Shown one piece after another: positions 43,151 to 54,867 of a DNA stretch of 64,000 bases. The translations under genes and the position numbers were made by a program. How positions within the stretch are numbered: the first letter of the stretch is position 1; each line of letters begins with the position of its first letter. Origin of the DNA: Octopus vulgaris (lineage: Eukaryota); the NCBI GenBank assembly GCA_951406725.2, contig OX597822.1:118172001-118236000 (forward strand), read 5' to 3'. The notes beneath the pieces were generated by a model. The model was given only the letters and a program-made list of their open reading frames with translations. It had not been told where the DNA came from and did not search any database.

Positions 43151-44115
43151 TCTTTTCCAAAGTAGACGAACTCAGATTTTTCTTTGTTAAGCAGCATATT
43201 GCTTAATTAAGGATTTTCTTGCTTCTTTTAAAGTTTTCTGTTTTTTCTTTTCGTGAGGTTCCTCTCGAACCACTGCGTATAGAATGGATTGAAGTTGTGT
43301 TCGGGCCCCATATTCGCTCGATGAATTTGATAGAACTTTGAATCAGCAGCAAAGATTTTTATTTTATTGTTTTACGACATTTGAAATGTCATTTATGCAA
43401 ATACAAGCAGACGTGGTTCTAAACACAGTAGGATACAGGACATCATTAAAGACTTTTTTATAATATTCAGTAAATTCTGCCACCAATAAAATGTTGGATT
43501 CTGTTTGTCAGGAAACATTTAATCAAATACAGTAACTTTCCACGGACTCCAGTATTGGATAATTTCATCAGCAGTCGACGACGCAGCCGAAAGTTTGACT
43601 GTCAAAAAAAAATTACATTTATATACGTGCGTAAAAGCGTGTGCATATATTGCGCATACAGTGTGTATATGGCAGCTGATGACGGAAATGCATGTGTGTT
43701 ATGTTTGCTTGTTATTCTACGTTGTCCTTCATTCTAGTAAAGTGGAAAGTGTTTGTGGATTCATGGGTTATAGCGATTACTGAGTTATTCTTCTTGGATA
43801 ATCTTATTAGACTTGAATAAAGCTTAGATATTGGTATCTAGTTTGGGGAGATTCTGTGGCACGAATAACTGCATATATGCTTGTATATGTATATAATATT
43901 CATATATATATATATGTTCATACATACACACATACACATACTCATACACACACACGTATATATGTATATGTATGTGTGTGTGTGTGTGTGTGTATCATAA
44001 GGACATACGCATACGTCTATCTGCTAGAAATGAGAGCTAAAACCCTCGTTTAAACTAATGGCATTATTAATATCTATATAAATATTCGATCCTGAATATT
44101 TGCTCCTGATTTTAT

Positions 44116-44164
<49 letters not shown>

Positions 44165-44177
44165 GTGTGTGGGAGGT

Positions 44178-45443
44178 GCAAAATATTATGTGACAATTAT
44201 TCCGTTGCCATAACCTTGATACGTTGTGCAAGACTTTTCCTTACGTATATTTCGCCATTTACAAAGAAGAATCTCTAGCTCTAATCACAAATACCAATGG
44301 ACCAGCACAAGATCAGTTTAGGAAGGACATTGTCCAAATGATGAAAACTTTCGGTCTTAGCATAAATACAGATACCAACCTGACGGTTGTCAATTTCCTA
44401 GATGTATACTTAGATTTAAATAAGAATATTTACAAACCTTATAGGAAGCCCAACAATAGACTTAGTTATATTAATGTAGGTTCCTGCCATCCCTCCATAG
44501 TATTTAAAAATTTAGTTGAAAACATTTCTAGCCTCTCCTCCGATCGTGACATTTTTAATTGTGGCTCTAAAAGATAGTGGTTTTAGCGAGGAAATAGCCT
44601 GAGCACCTGTTACCAGTCCAATAATAAAGAAGAGGAAACATAGGAATAGGAAAACTGTCTGGTTCACACACCCTTACTCCCCCGAAGTGACCTTTAATAT
44701 ATGTAAATAATTTTTATCACTTATAGATAGGCATTTTCCAACCAGTCATAATTACAGTCGCACATAACACACAAAAACAACAAAACGAAACCATCTGTTC
44801 GTGCAGGGATAAAAATGTGTGCCCGCTAAAGGGAGCTTGCATATCAGAGACCACTAAGGACATAGTTTCATCAAAGAAATAAGTGAGTCTCACAGAGGTG
44901 AAATTTAAAGCTAGGTTCAACAATCACACCTTGAGCTTCAGGAACTGGGAAAAAAGAAAAACAACCAAATTATCCAGTCATATATCGTCATTAAAAGATA
45001 AAAGTGTCAGTTACAACATCCATTGGAAGATCTTAGCTAGGTGCAAGCCTTACACCAACAGCAGTGGAAAGTGCGGTCTTTGTGATATGGAAAGATGGCT
45101 CATCTGGAAAAGTTCCTTAGATTTCACTACACGTCTAAATTCAAGAACTGAACTTTTGGGATAATGTCCATATATGGGTAAATATTTGTTACATTTTTGG
45201 TTCCCCCCCCCCCAAGAACACAGATAGAACCTGATTTTTATACTGTGTCCACCTACAAGCATTTTATCTCTCTATATTTTTAATATATATTTTACATATT
45301 TTTATATATAAATTTTTTTATAAAAAAAGATAGCATTTTTGTTTTGTCTTAATAACTGACGAGATGCCTGAGCAGATTTTCGCCCTGACATCCGAAACTC
45401 GGAGTTTTATTATGGCAACGGAATAATTGTCACATTATTTTAC
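44178..45443 (+). mobile_element. 5'-truncated Penelope-like element (RT C-terminus + GIY-YIG endonuclease, Naiad-like), pseudogenised, with hammerhead and inverted tail
   Basis: AIYKEESLAL (decayed YRDD), VNFLDVYLDL, YKPYRKPN...YINVGSCHP, VWFT.PYS, CSC...CPLKGAC, FKARFNNHTLSF, WKIL, KCGLCDMER, LNSRTEL. Hammerhead at 45350-45412. Inverted repeat 44178-44213 / 45410-45443. Confidence 0.88.
45350..45412 (+). ncRNA. Minimal type I hammerhead ribozyme motif in the PLE pseudo-LTR
   Basis: taataa-CTGACGA-GATG...CATCC-GAAA-CTCGGAG-T-T-ttatta: 6-bp stem I, stem II, near-palindromic stem III, predicted cleavage after 45406. Confidence 0.7.
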
Positions 45444-45514
45444 AGATAAATTCCTCTATTTGCATCATATCGAGGTCTCATTCATTCTTTTGTTGTCATA
45501 CTATTACTATTATT

Positions 45515-45553
<39 letters not shown>

Positions 45554-45605
45554 CATATATATATATGCATGTATGTATACATATGTATATATATGTATAC
45601 ATTTG

Positions 45606-45650
<45 letters not shown>

Positions 45651-46067
45651 CAAATATATATATGAATAGATACATATATACATACATACATACATACATA
45701 CATACATACATACATACATACATACATACATACATACATAAGTACTATCAGTCGCACTGGTGATGGTAGATTTTACCACAGGGTTGTTGGAATGTTTTCC
45801 ACATAAAGGTATCTAATAAATATTTCATTACTGATGTTCAGACAGTTTTATGCATCTTATATACATATATATAAATTTATGTGTGTGTGTGTATGTGTGT
45901 GTGTGTGTGTTGTTTGTATGTTCGGTTAGCCAGGCAGGTATGTAGTTATGTATGTATATCATAGCTTCCGTAATGATCTCAAGCTTTTAATACAAAACGT
46001 GTACCGAGTTCTCTTTTTATTGGATGTAATACTACTTATTACCCTTAAGTTATTCCTCTATACACGC

Positions 46068-46141
<74 letters not shown>

Positions 46142-46469
46142 AAGTATATGTGTTTCTATGTATTAATATTGATCGAGTAAAATTCATTGTAAGGCTGCTG
46201 CAACTATGGACACCTTTCTTGTTCAGTTTTCAGTTTATATATTAGAATGATCCATAGTTACCTAGGTGACAGCAGCAATTTTTCATTTTGCCTGAGAGCT
46301 TTCAGAGAAGAACAACGAGAAATAATTCACAAGGACACCATTTTGGATGCGTGAATACAATAAACTTCTAACATCTTACCAAATTAACTCAGTAAATGAA
46401 AAAACTTATTTCGGTCTTCACCGCAGCTAAAGATGAAATTAAAATTATTATGGTTCATATTTTGGTACA

Positions 46470-46640
46470 ATGCCAGCAATTTCGGATAGAGAGTAAGCAG
46501 GCTATATCGACTCTAGTGCTCAAATGGTACTTATTTTATCTAAGTCCGCCGCAGAGAAATTTGATCTCAGAAAGTAAGGACGGACAAAATGCCTTGAAAG
46601 CATTTTGCTCGCCATGCTAACGATTCTGTCAGCCCGTCGC
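46470..46640 (-). mobile_element. Degenerate SINE-B-related copy
   Basis: ggtacttatttta...gaaatttgatctcagaa...catgctaacgattctgtcagcc, the reverse of the family B core and head. Confidence 0.55.
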
Positions 46641-47097
46641 ACAAATTATGGTTTATATCAATAAATATATTCAATATGTTTTGTTGCTTTTTAGCTCCAG
46701 TTTATCTCAAATCGAGTAGCTGTGTAATCAAAGACATTCAGGTAATAATCACCCAACCTTTTCAAGCAGATTTTTCAGGTAGCACTATCCGATATGTCAC
46801 CCCTTTTAAAGGGATTATAATTTGGGAGTGGTTCGGCAGTTATTTTAGGGGGTCAACCGACAAAGCAAACGTTCTCAGTTTCATACGTCCAGTAACCGTG
46901 TGGTTTGTCTATTATTTTTAGCATATCGACCGGCAAAGTAGAGGTCTCCGATCTTAAACGTTCGCTCAGTAGGTTGTCCTTAGAAAAACAGGACTGCAGA
47001 TCATGAACTGGAAATGGTTCGGCTCTTAATTTTAGCAGTTCGACCGATTAAGTGGAAATTTTCAGCCTCTTACTTCCAGCAAAAGAGTAGTTCGTTT

Positions 47098-47193
<96 letters not shown>

Positions 47194-47235
47194 ATTATTA
47201 TTATTATCGTTATTATTATCGTTATTATTATTATC

Positions 47236-47472
47236 ATTGATGAGTTGAGAACAGTAAGCCAAGATATAGATAAGTGGCTGAATGAGGTTGAAGCATAATG
47301 CGCGGTAGAGCTCCTACGGAAAGTTTATCTCTTGGAGACAACAAGGATTATCAGGATGGTTCTAAGCACTTGAAACACTGCTGAAAACTTGTGGATGCCT
47401 AAGATTACATGTAGTAACCCGCTATCCACATAATTCCTACCATGAATAAGACCGAACCTGAGCCAAACGAAA
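47236..47472 (+). mobile_element. R4/Dong-type 3' end with (AAT)n tail
   Basis: IDELRTVSQDIDKWL...VELLRKVYLLETTRIIRMVLST* matches the C-terminal motif type of the 35902 ORF. A short UTR is followed by (AAT)n, with (ATT)n upstream. Confidence 0.7.
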
Positions 47473-47486
47473 ATAATAATAATAAC

Positions 47487-47542
<56 letters not shown>

Positions 47543-47552
47543 TAACAATAAC

Positions 47553-47602
<50 letters not shown>

Positions 47603-47619
47603 TAATAATAATAATTCAA

Positions 47620-48215
47620 ATGACTGGATTGCATCTTCCAAACTTCTCAACAGAATAATGATATTTCGATTGAATGAAGGAAATTGATGGTCTTTTCCAT
47701 GTAGAAAATTATTATAAAATATCTACAACAGCACCAGAAAAACTATCTAGCAAAGAATAATGAAGAACTAACATAAAGAAGGATAAAACACGAAGAAGGC
47801 AAAAATAAACGTGTTTTCTGTCTTCGAGGAAGACAATGATACAAAAAAGAAGTAATAGATATATTATGAGGGGAAAAGGAGGAGTAAGCTGAAATTGTGA
47901 TAACAGCTACAAGAGAAAGCAAAAACGAGACTAGGCTAAAAACGGAAACTTGGTATGCCATACTAAAATGATGACCAAAAACGATTTTTGTGTAGTCAAC
48001 AAGTGGAACAATTTAGCTGCGTGGAGACAAAAGAAATCGCAGTGATGTCTAAAAAGTGCAGGACACAAGTCTAAGATTGAAGTGTACTTAATTACAGCAC
48101 GTGATCAGAACCTTCCCATCGGTCATTGCTAAAAGCGTGGTATAGTGTTGAATATTTTGAGGAATTGCGGAATAAGTGCAAGTGGGAAAGAAAGAAATAG
48201 TCACCGTTGTTTCGG
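47620..48215 (+). pseudogene. Highly decayed R4/Dong-type fragment
   Basis: LKSAGHKSKIEVYLITARDQNLP corresponds to SGLKSETGEFITVAQDQCLP in the 35902 ORF. Confidence 0.5.
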
Positions 48216-48231
48216 TTTTTTAAAATATATA

Positions 48232-48643
48232 TCTTATTTCTTTATTGCCTACAAGGGGATAAACATAGAGGGGACAAACAAGGACAGACAAACGGATTAA
48301 GTCGATTACATTGACCCCAGTGTGTTACTGGTACTTAATTTATTGACCCCGAAAGGATGAAAGGCAAAGTCGACCTCGGCGGAATTTCAATTCAGAACGT
48401 AGCGGCAGACGAAATACCAATTTCTTTACTACCCACAATGGGCTAAACACAGAAGTGACAAACAAGGACAGACAAACGGATTAAGCCGATTACATCGACC
48501 CCAGTGTGTAACTGGTACTTAATTTATCGATCCCGAAAGAATGAAAGGCAAAGTCGACCTCGGCGGAATTTGAACTCAGAACGTAAGAGCAGACGAAATA
48601 TTGCTAAACATTTCGCCCGGCGTGCTAACGTTACTGCCAGCTC
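48232..48643 (-). mobile_element. Head-to-tail dimer of SINE family B
   Basis: A full unit is followed directly, at aaagaaattGGTATttcgtctgcc, by a second unit lacking the first about 45 nt. Confidence 0.88.
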
Positions 48644-48831
48644 ATAGGTAATGCATAATGGGAGCTTTGATATATTGGAAATTGTGACAGAATTGTGAAA
48701 TAGCCACAGAAAAGAAGTATTAGCTCATACCTGAAAAGATCTTGTAGAATTACAAGACAACCATACGATGAGATAAGCAGAAACATTCATAATCAAAACC
48801 TGTAAACTGGTACATGTACACATATGTGTAG

Positions 48832-48880
48832 CAGGGGTCCCCAACCACCGAGCCACGGACTAGCAGTGCGCCACATGGAA
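48832..48880 (+). mobile_element. hAT (Charlie-like) terminal fragment
   Basis: CAGGGGTCCCCAACCACCGAGCCACGGAC resembles Charlie/MER1-type termini; no partner end found. Confidence 0.4.
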
Positions 48881-48920
48881 AGGATAAATGTTTAAATTTC
48901 ATTCTTATTTTAATAGCTAT

Positions 48921-49090
48921 CGCAGGAGCAGGTGTGGGTGTGTGGTAAGAAGCTTGTTTCCCAACCACATGGTTCCGGGGTCAATCCCACTGCGTGGCAT
49001 CCTGGGCGAGTGTCTTCTATTATAGCCTTGGACTGACCAAAGCATTGCGTGAGGATTTGGTAGACGGAAACTGAAAGAAGCCTATCGTAT
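48921..49090 (+). mobile_element. SINE family A, 5' half
   Basis: tgtggtaagaagcttgtttcccaaccacatggttccgggg...gtagacggaaactgaaagaagcc. Confidence 0.8.
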
Positions 49091-49091
49091 A

Positions 49092-49126
<35 letters not shown>

Positions 49127-49182
49127 GAAAATATGTGGAATATATATATATATATCAATATATATATATATATATACATACA

Positions 49183-49218
<36 letters not shown>

Positions 49219-49241
49219 TATATACATACATACATATATAT

Positions 49242-49280
<39 letters not shown>

Positions 49281-49313
<33 letters not shown>

Positions 49314-49787
49314 CTAGTTTCAGCTCATGAGCTGTGGCCATGCTGGGGCACCGCCATTTGGTGTTGCTACATGGTTTTACTTCACGGAAGCTTTTTAGCA
49401 ACTGCCATTTGGTGCATGAGAAAGTTCGATGCGGCTGCCCTCATCTGCACCTCCTGCCGTGAAGTTGGTTCATCTGGGATACCTGACAAGAAGAGATCCA
49501 GTTTTATTTTAAAGACATCTGCATCCACCCCATGCAGGTCTCTCAGGTTCTTCGGGAGGATATTGAAAAGCTGTGGGCCTCTGAAGCCCAGGCTATCACA
49601 GTATCTTGTCCTACATCTTGATGGCAAATTTGGAGTCCTTGGCACTATGCAGTGGCGCCCAGTTCTAGCATTTGTGTAGCTCTCGATGCTAAAGTTTGGG
49701 ACAAGTCCTTCTGGGATTTTCCAGATGTATATTATGGCATATCTTTCTCGCCTACGCTCTAAGGAATAGAGTCTTAATCTCTTGAGT

Positions 49788-49790
<3 letters not shown>
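49281..49790 (-). mobile_element. CR1/L2-group LINE 3' end related to 21475-23716, with (ATCA)n tail
   Basis: RYCDSLGFRGPQLFNILPKNLRDLHGVD...FKIKLDLFLSGIPDEPTSRQE..MRAAASN. UTR ggcggtgccccagcatggccacagctcatgagctgaaactag. Confidence 0.88.
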
Positions 49791-49836
<46 letters not shown>

Positions 49837-49840
<4 letters not shown>

Positions 49841-49935
49841 CCTCCTTCTTCCCTTCTTTCCTGAGCGTCCAATAATACTTTATTTGTTCCACGTCCTCGC
49901 GTTGCTGTGTTTTTTTTGTGTTTTCTTGTTTGGAT

Positions 49936-49940
<5 letters not shown>
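49837..49940 (+). mobile_element. Tail-only copy of the 3620 hammerhead repeat
   Basis: aaaccctccttcttcc...ctgagcgtccaataatac...ccacgtcctcgcgttg aligns with the sequence immediately 3' of the hammerhead in 3620-3790. Confidence 0.5.
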
Positions 49941-49986
<46 letters not shown>

Positions 49987-50543
49987 TCGTGCTTGTGTGT
50001 GTATTGTGTGTGCGAGTGTGTGTTTGCGTGTGTGAGTGTCTTTGTGTTTTGTTCGACTAGGCAATGCTCCAGCATGGCCATCGTCTAATGACTGAAACAG
50101 ATAAAATAAAAGATAAAGGATATCGCAGTATGCCGAGTGTTTTTGCATTTTGTATATGTACAATATATGTAATATGTGTGGGTATTATATGTGTACTAAT
50201 TAATTTATTACACAATTTATTGTGTTTTACGCATCCAGTGTGTGGATGCATGAAATTGATCCTTAGTAGAGAAACGGTTGGAAGTCGCTGATGTAGCTTT
50301 CGCTTAATGAAATAGAAGATATCACAGAAGTCAAATAGTGTTAGCATCAATAGAAAACCAATAAATTATGGCAAGTGTTCTCCAAACGCCTTTCTGATAT
50401 TTTAGCGACAAGTTCTTATCAGCTTATTAAGGTATTATTTTAAGGTAAATAGCATCTCATTGAAGAAAACTTCTACTTAAAATACACTCTTCCGGAACAT
50501 ACTCACATTCACACATACATACATACATACGTACATGTATATG

Positions 50544-50589
<46 letters not shown>

Positions 50590-50630
50590 CACACACACAC
50601 ACACACACACTCACTCTCTCTCTCTCTCTC

Positions 50631-50679
<49 letters not shown>

Positions 50680-50685
50680 AGCCAA

Positions 50686-50904
50686 CAGGCAGCGAGCTGG
50701 CAGAAACGTTAGCACGCCGGGCGAAATGCGTAGCCGTATTTCGTCTGTCGTTACGTTCTGAGTTCAAATTCCGCCGAGGTCGACTTTGCCTTTCATCCTT
50801 TGGGGGTCGATAAATAAGGACCAGTTACACACTGGGGTCGATATAATCGACTTAATCTCTTTGTTTGTTCCCTCTGTGTTTAGCCCCTTGTGGGTAGTAA
50901 AGAA
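50686..50904 (+). mobile_element. SINE family B with about 23-bp TSD
   Basis: TSD (at)n-aagccaa at 50663-50685 and 50905-50927. Confidence 0.88.
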
Positions 50905-51570
50905 ATATATATATATATATAAGCCAAAATTTTCAGAAAAGGAACAAGTAAAATTTAACCTACATATGTTTCTTAACTAGCAGAAGCTTATTATACAATA
51001 TTATGTAACGAGCTCTCCTTAGCATTGCTAGTGATCAGGCTGAAATTACCTCAGTGAAGTTGACATTGCTGTAAGGAATTCAAACTGAATATAAAAGTCA
51101 ATATCAAATAAGAAAAAAAGGAATTTAGTTTAAACAACCGAAATAATGAATAGACTAAGAGTCGAAAAATAGGAAGAGAAGGAAAGGAAAAAAAGAAAAA
51201 TTTGCTATCATTATGGAGAATGGGGGGGGGGTATGTATTGAGGGAATAAAAGGCCTAATAAAAAAATGCTAAGGCTAGATATCGGTGGATGACGAGGAGG
51301 ACGACAAAGAGATAGAGGAGGAGAGGTAGTAAATGGCAGAGTACTTATGCACTAAGAAATTTCTTCTATTTAATTTAATTTTAAGATAATAAATGTTTTC
51401 ATTTTGAAAATTAGTATTCCTTTAGATATTTTGTATAAGGACCAAGTTAGGTCGTAATTATTGGCTGTATACCATATTTCTTGACATTCTCGATGGTAGC
51501 AAAAGAATGCTTCGAAAGATACCAGTCATAGGGCGTGTAACACTCGTATGTTGAGCAGTGTGTGTGTCTG

Positions 51571-51605
<35 letters not shown>

Positions 51606-52566
51606 TTACGGCTGATGTCATAAGGATTTATAAACTCGAGAGAGAACGTGAAATAATTCTTTTTGAGATCTGGATCTCGATGCACATAAATGCTATAAAT
51701 CAGCATTATGCGCTTCGAGATCCAATTTCAGTTTATGTGTATCTATGCATGTATGTATATAATACACATTCCAGTACACAAGACTTCAATAGAACACAGG
51801 TTGTTATCAGTAATTTGTTTCTAGTTTGTTTGTTTTTTTTTAATATTAAAGCAAGAACTGAAATTTCATTGTGTCTAATTGAAAATCACATTTTTATTTA
51901 AATTTTTCTTTAATTATGTTTTTACTTAGCGACGCCTTGTTTATAAGTTCTAATTAAATAAGCTGATCATAGAAGAAAGATTTGATAATTCGCTAATTTC
52001 GTGCTGTCATGTTACTGCTAATGTGATTCTGTACTGCAGTCAAGCAAACATTTAATTCTGATTGGATGTCAGGATTGAGGTCATGTGTTATCAATGAAAA
52101 GGTCTTCAAACGCTTTAACAAATGGTGCAACACATCGTTGATAAAATAAAATAGATATATTCAAGGCTTTCTATAATCCCTGTAAACATGCTTCTTGCCT
52201 AGCTACCATTAAAAGGGAAGATAAATAAGATTCAGGTAAAAAAATTAAAATCGCTAAATTGCATGCTGAGGGGGGAAGAGCGTGGTTCAGAAATTACATT
52301 AAAAGCCCAGTAAAAGGGGTTTGGTGTCAATTGGTTGCTTGCTTGTATTGATAGGAAATATTCGGAAAATTATTTTGACATTTTGTTCTAAGGAGGTTAA
52401 CCCTATAAATTACTTTTCGATAGCATGCTTAATATCTTTATAGACATCTTAATGCGACCTAGTTTACGTATATTCTCTTGCTGTGTCTTTCTATCTCACT
52501 ATCTTATTATCTGCCTATCTGTCTGTCTGTGTGCCAACCTCTCTAAACCTCATTTCATACAGTTAT

Positions 52567-52635
<69 letters not shown>

Positions 52636-52648
52636 CAGATAGATAGAC

Positions 52649-52722
<74 letters not shown>

Positions 52723-52723
52723 G

Positions 52724-52822
<99 letters not shown>

Positions 52823-53228
52823 GTGCATCTATCCCTATATATATATGTCTATGTCTGTATATTTCTCGACAGCACTTAACTTCAGTGTCGCTATTTATTG
52901 CTGGTTTCCTACACCTCCCGTTATCTGCTTACATTTCCCCATAGCTTGTCTATTTCAAGTCTTTCTGTTTTTGTACATTTTAAACGTCATGAACTACAGA
53001 ATAAACCACAATCATTTAAGAATTCGTTGGTTTCTATTATGTTGCTGACGATGTATTTTGTGTTTGCCCAAGATACTAACTGTTAAAACAGCCGGGTCGA
53101 CTCAGTTGTCAATGGATATCACCCGTTTGAATCTGAGCCCAACTATATATGCAAAAGGAGCAGCATAAGCGTGCAATCGTTGAACTTTTGATCAGTTTGC
53201 AAGTTTGGAGATTGATGACTGCTGTCCT

Positions 53229-53695
53229 ACGAGGGTCGGCTGAAAATTTCCAAGATATTCTCATGGAATGTGACCAAATGGGATATATTTTTCAATATAC
53301 TCCTCCAAGCGGCTCACGCACTCCTTCCATTGGTATATCAGTTATTGGATCCATTGGTGAAGGAACTTTCATCTTGTTGGTCAAAAAACGTCATCAGCAG
53401 AACATGTGACGTCACCATCACTTCGATACTGATTCCCGGTCAAGCTTTTTTTCATGTTTTTTTCATGTTATTCATTTGTTTTGTTTTGTTTTTTTTTCAT
53501 GATGGGACCAAATCAGGTGAGTAGGGACGGTGATCAACCAGTTCAAAGCCAGTCATGCCCAGCAGCCATTGAAACCAAGAACTTGTGTGCTGGTGCCTTG
53601 TGCTGATGAAACAAGACCGCCCCCCTTTCGTCAGTTTTCCTTGACGTTTGGCGTTGATAGTCTTTCGTAACTGCCTCAGCAAGTTGGCTAGCCTC
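53229..53695 (-). pseudogene. mariner transposase 3' fragment with TIR
   Basis: ANLLRQLRKTINAKRQGKLTKG, VLFHQHKAPAH, FELVDHRPYSPDLVPS; terminus TA-CGAGGGTCGGCTGAAAA at 53229. Confidence 0.8.
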
Positions 53696-53699
53696 ATTT

Positions 53700-54409
53700 T
53701 GAAGATTTCCGTCTTCGATTACTTACAGAAACGTGAAAAAAACGATCCTTTTTAAAAAAAAGAACAGTGCTAGGAGACAAAGTGGGTCGTCTATGACAGC
53801 ATGAAGCGCAGACGCACAGTGAACCACCTCAAAAACCTCCAAAGAAAGACTTCTCCTAAAGAAGGCTATGCTATCAACTTGGTGAGATTTGAAGGGAACA
53901 GTCTTTTACGAAAGTCTTTCTAAAGACAGGACCATCAATTCTGATGTGTACTGTGACCAGATGAACAAATTAAATGCAGAAGCATCCACCAGAAGCATCC
54001 AATACTTGGTAATCATAAGGGCATTGTCTTTTATCACGACAATGCTAGGCCTCACACTTCTTTGCAGGTGCGGCAGAAGTTATTGAGTCTTGATCGAGAA
54101 GCTTTTTCCTCACCCTCCATATTCAGTTCAATTTGCGCCTTTAGATTTTCACCTGTTTCCGTCTCTTCAAAATTCATTGAATGAACAGACCTTCAACTCT
54201 GAAGAAGACATAAAAATTCACCTGAAAGAGTTTTACGCTAGTAAAGACAGGATATTTTTTGAGCAGGAAATAATGGATCTACCCATAAGATGGCAGAAGA
54301 TGCTGGAATGGAACGATAATTATTGGATAATTCGCTTTATGTTTAAAATTTATGTCTTATTTTCACTTAAAAAATAGAAAAAACAACGGACTTTCTGGTT
54401 AACCCTATA
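53700..54409 (+). pseudogene. Second mariner (DD34D-type) transposase fragment with right TIR
   Basis: NDPF, WVVYDS, TINSDVYCDQ, FYHDNARPH, HPPYSVQFAPLDFHLF.SLQN, LPIRWQK; ends ggactttctggttaacccta-TA. Confidence 0.85.
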
Positions 54410-54867
54410 AAAGAAATCGGTGATAGTATTCAAACATTTGTAAACTGTTTTTGCTAAACTGCTTTCTGTAGTCCTCAACAGACTCCGTTGCATTAGATCA
54501 TTAAAAGAGCACGAACAATAGACCTTGAGTTTGGGTAAAATAATACGTCTGTTAAAAGTTTGTCTAAATTTCTAACTTCTGTGCGCAAATATTTATCAAG
54601 AAATTAGCAAGCAAGTTAAACTCTGCAGAAAAACAATAAATATATTTATCCGAAAAATGCGCATTGTTCTTTTCAAAACTGTCATATCCTTATGGATAAA
54701 CGAAAACACTGCAACGGTGTAATAACAATATAATCGAAACAAACGGCAGTAACCACACATAACGTAACATCAATCATTTCAAACCAAACAATCCAACACG
54801 CAAGCTCAAACTGTGAACTTTGAACTCCAACGTTGAACTATCAACACACGAACTGCGGAACAAGCAC

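Noticed and set aside
43672-43695. CTGATGA-CG-GAAA
   Set aside because: No stem II or stem I; expected by chance.
44224-45190. Possible selenoprotein-type Naiad PLE (UGA at Cys positions)
   Set aside because: The conserved Cys codons visible (CSC, CPL, GAC, CGLC, terminal C) are all TGT/TGC, and no SECIS was recognised.
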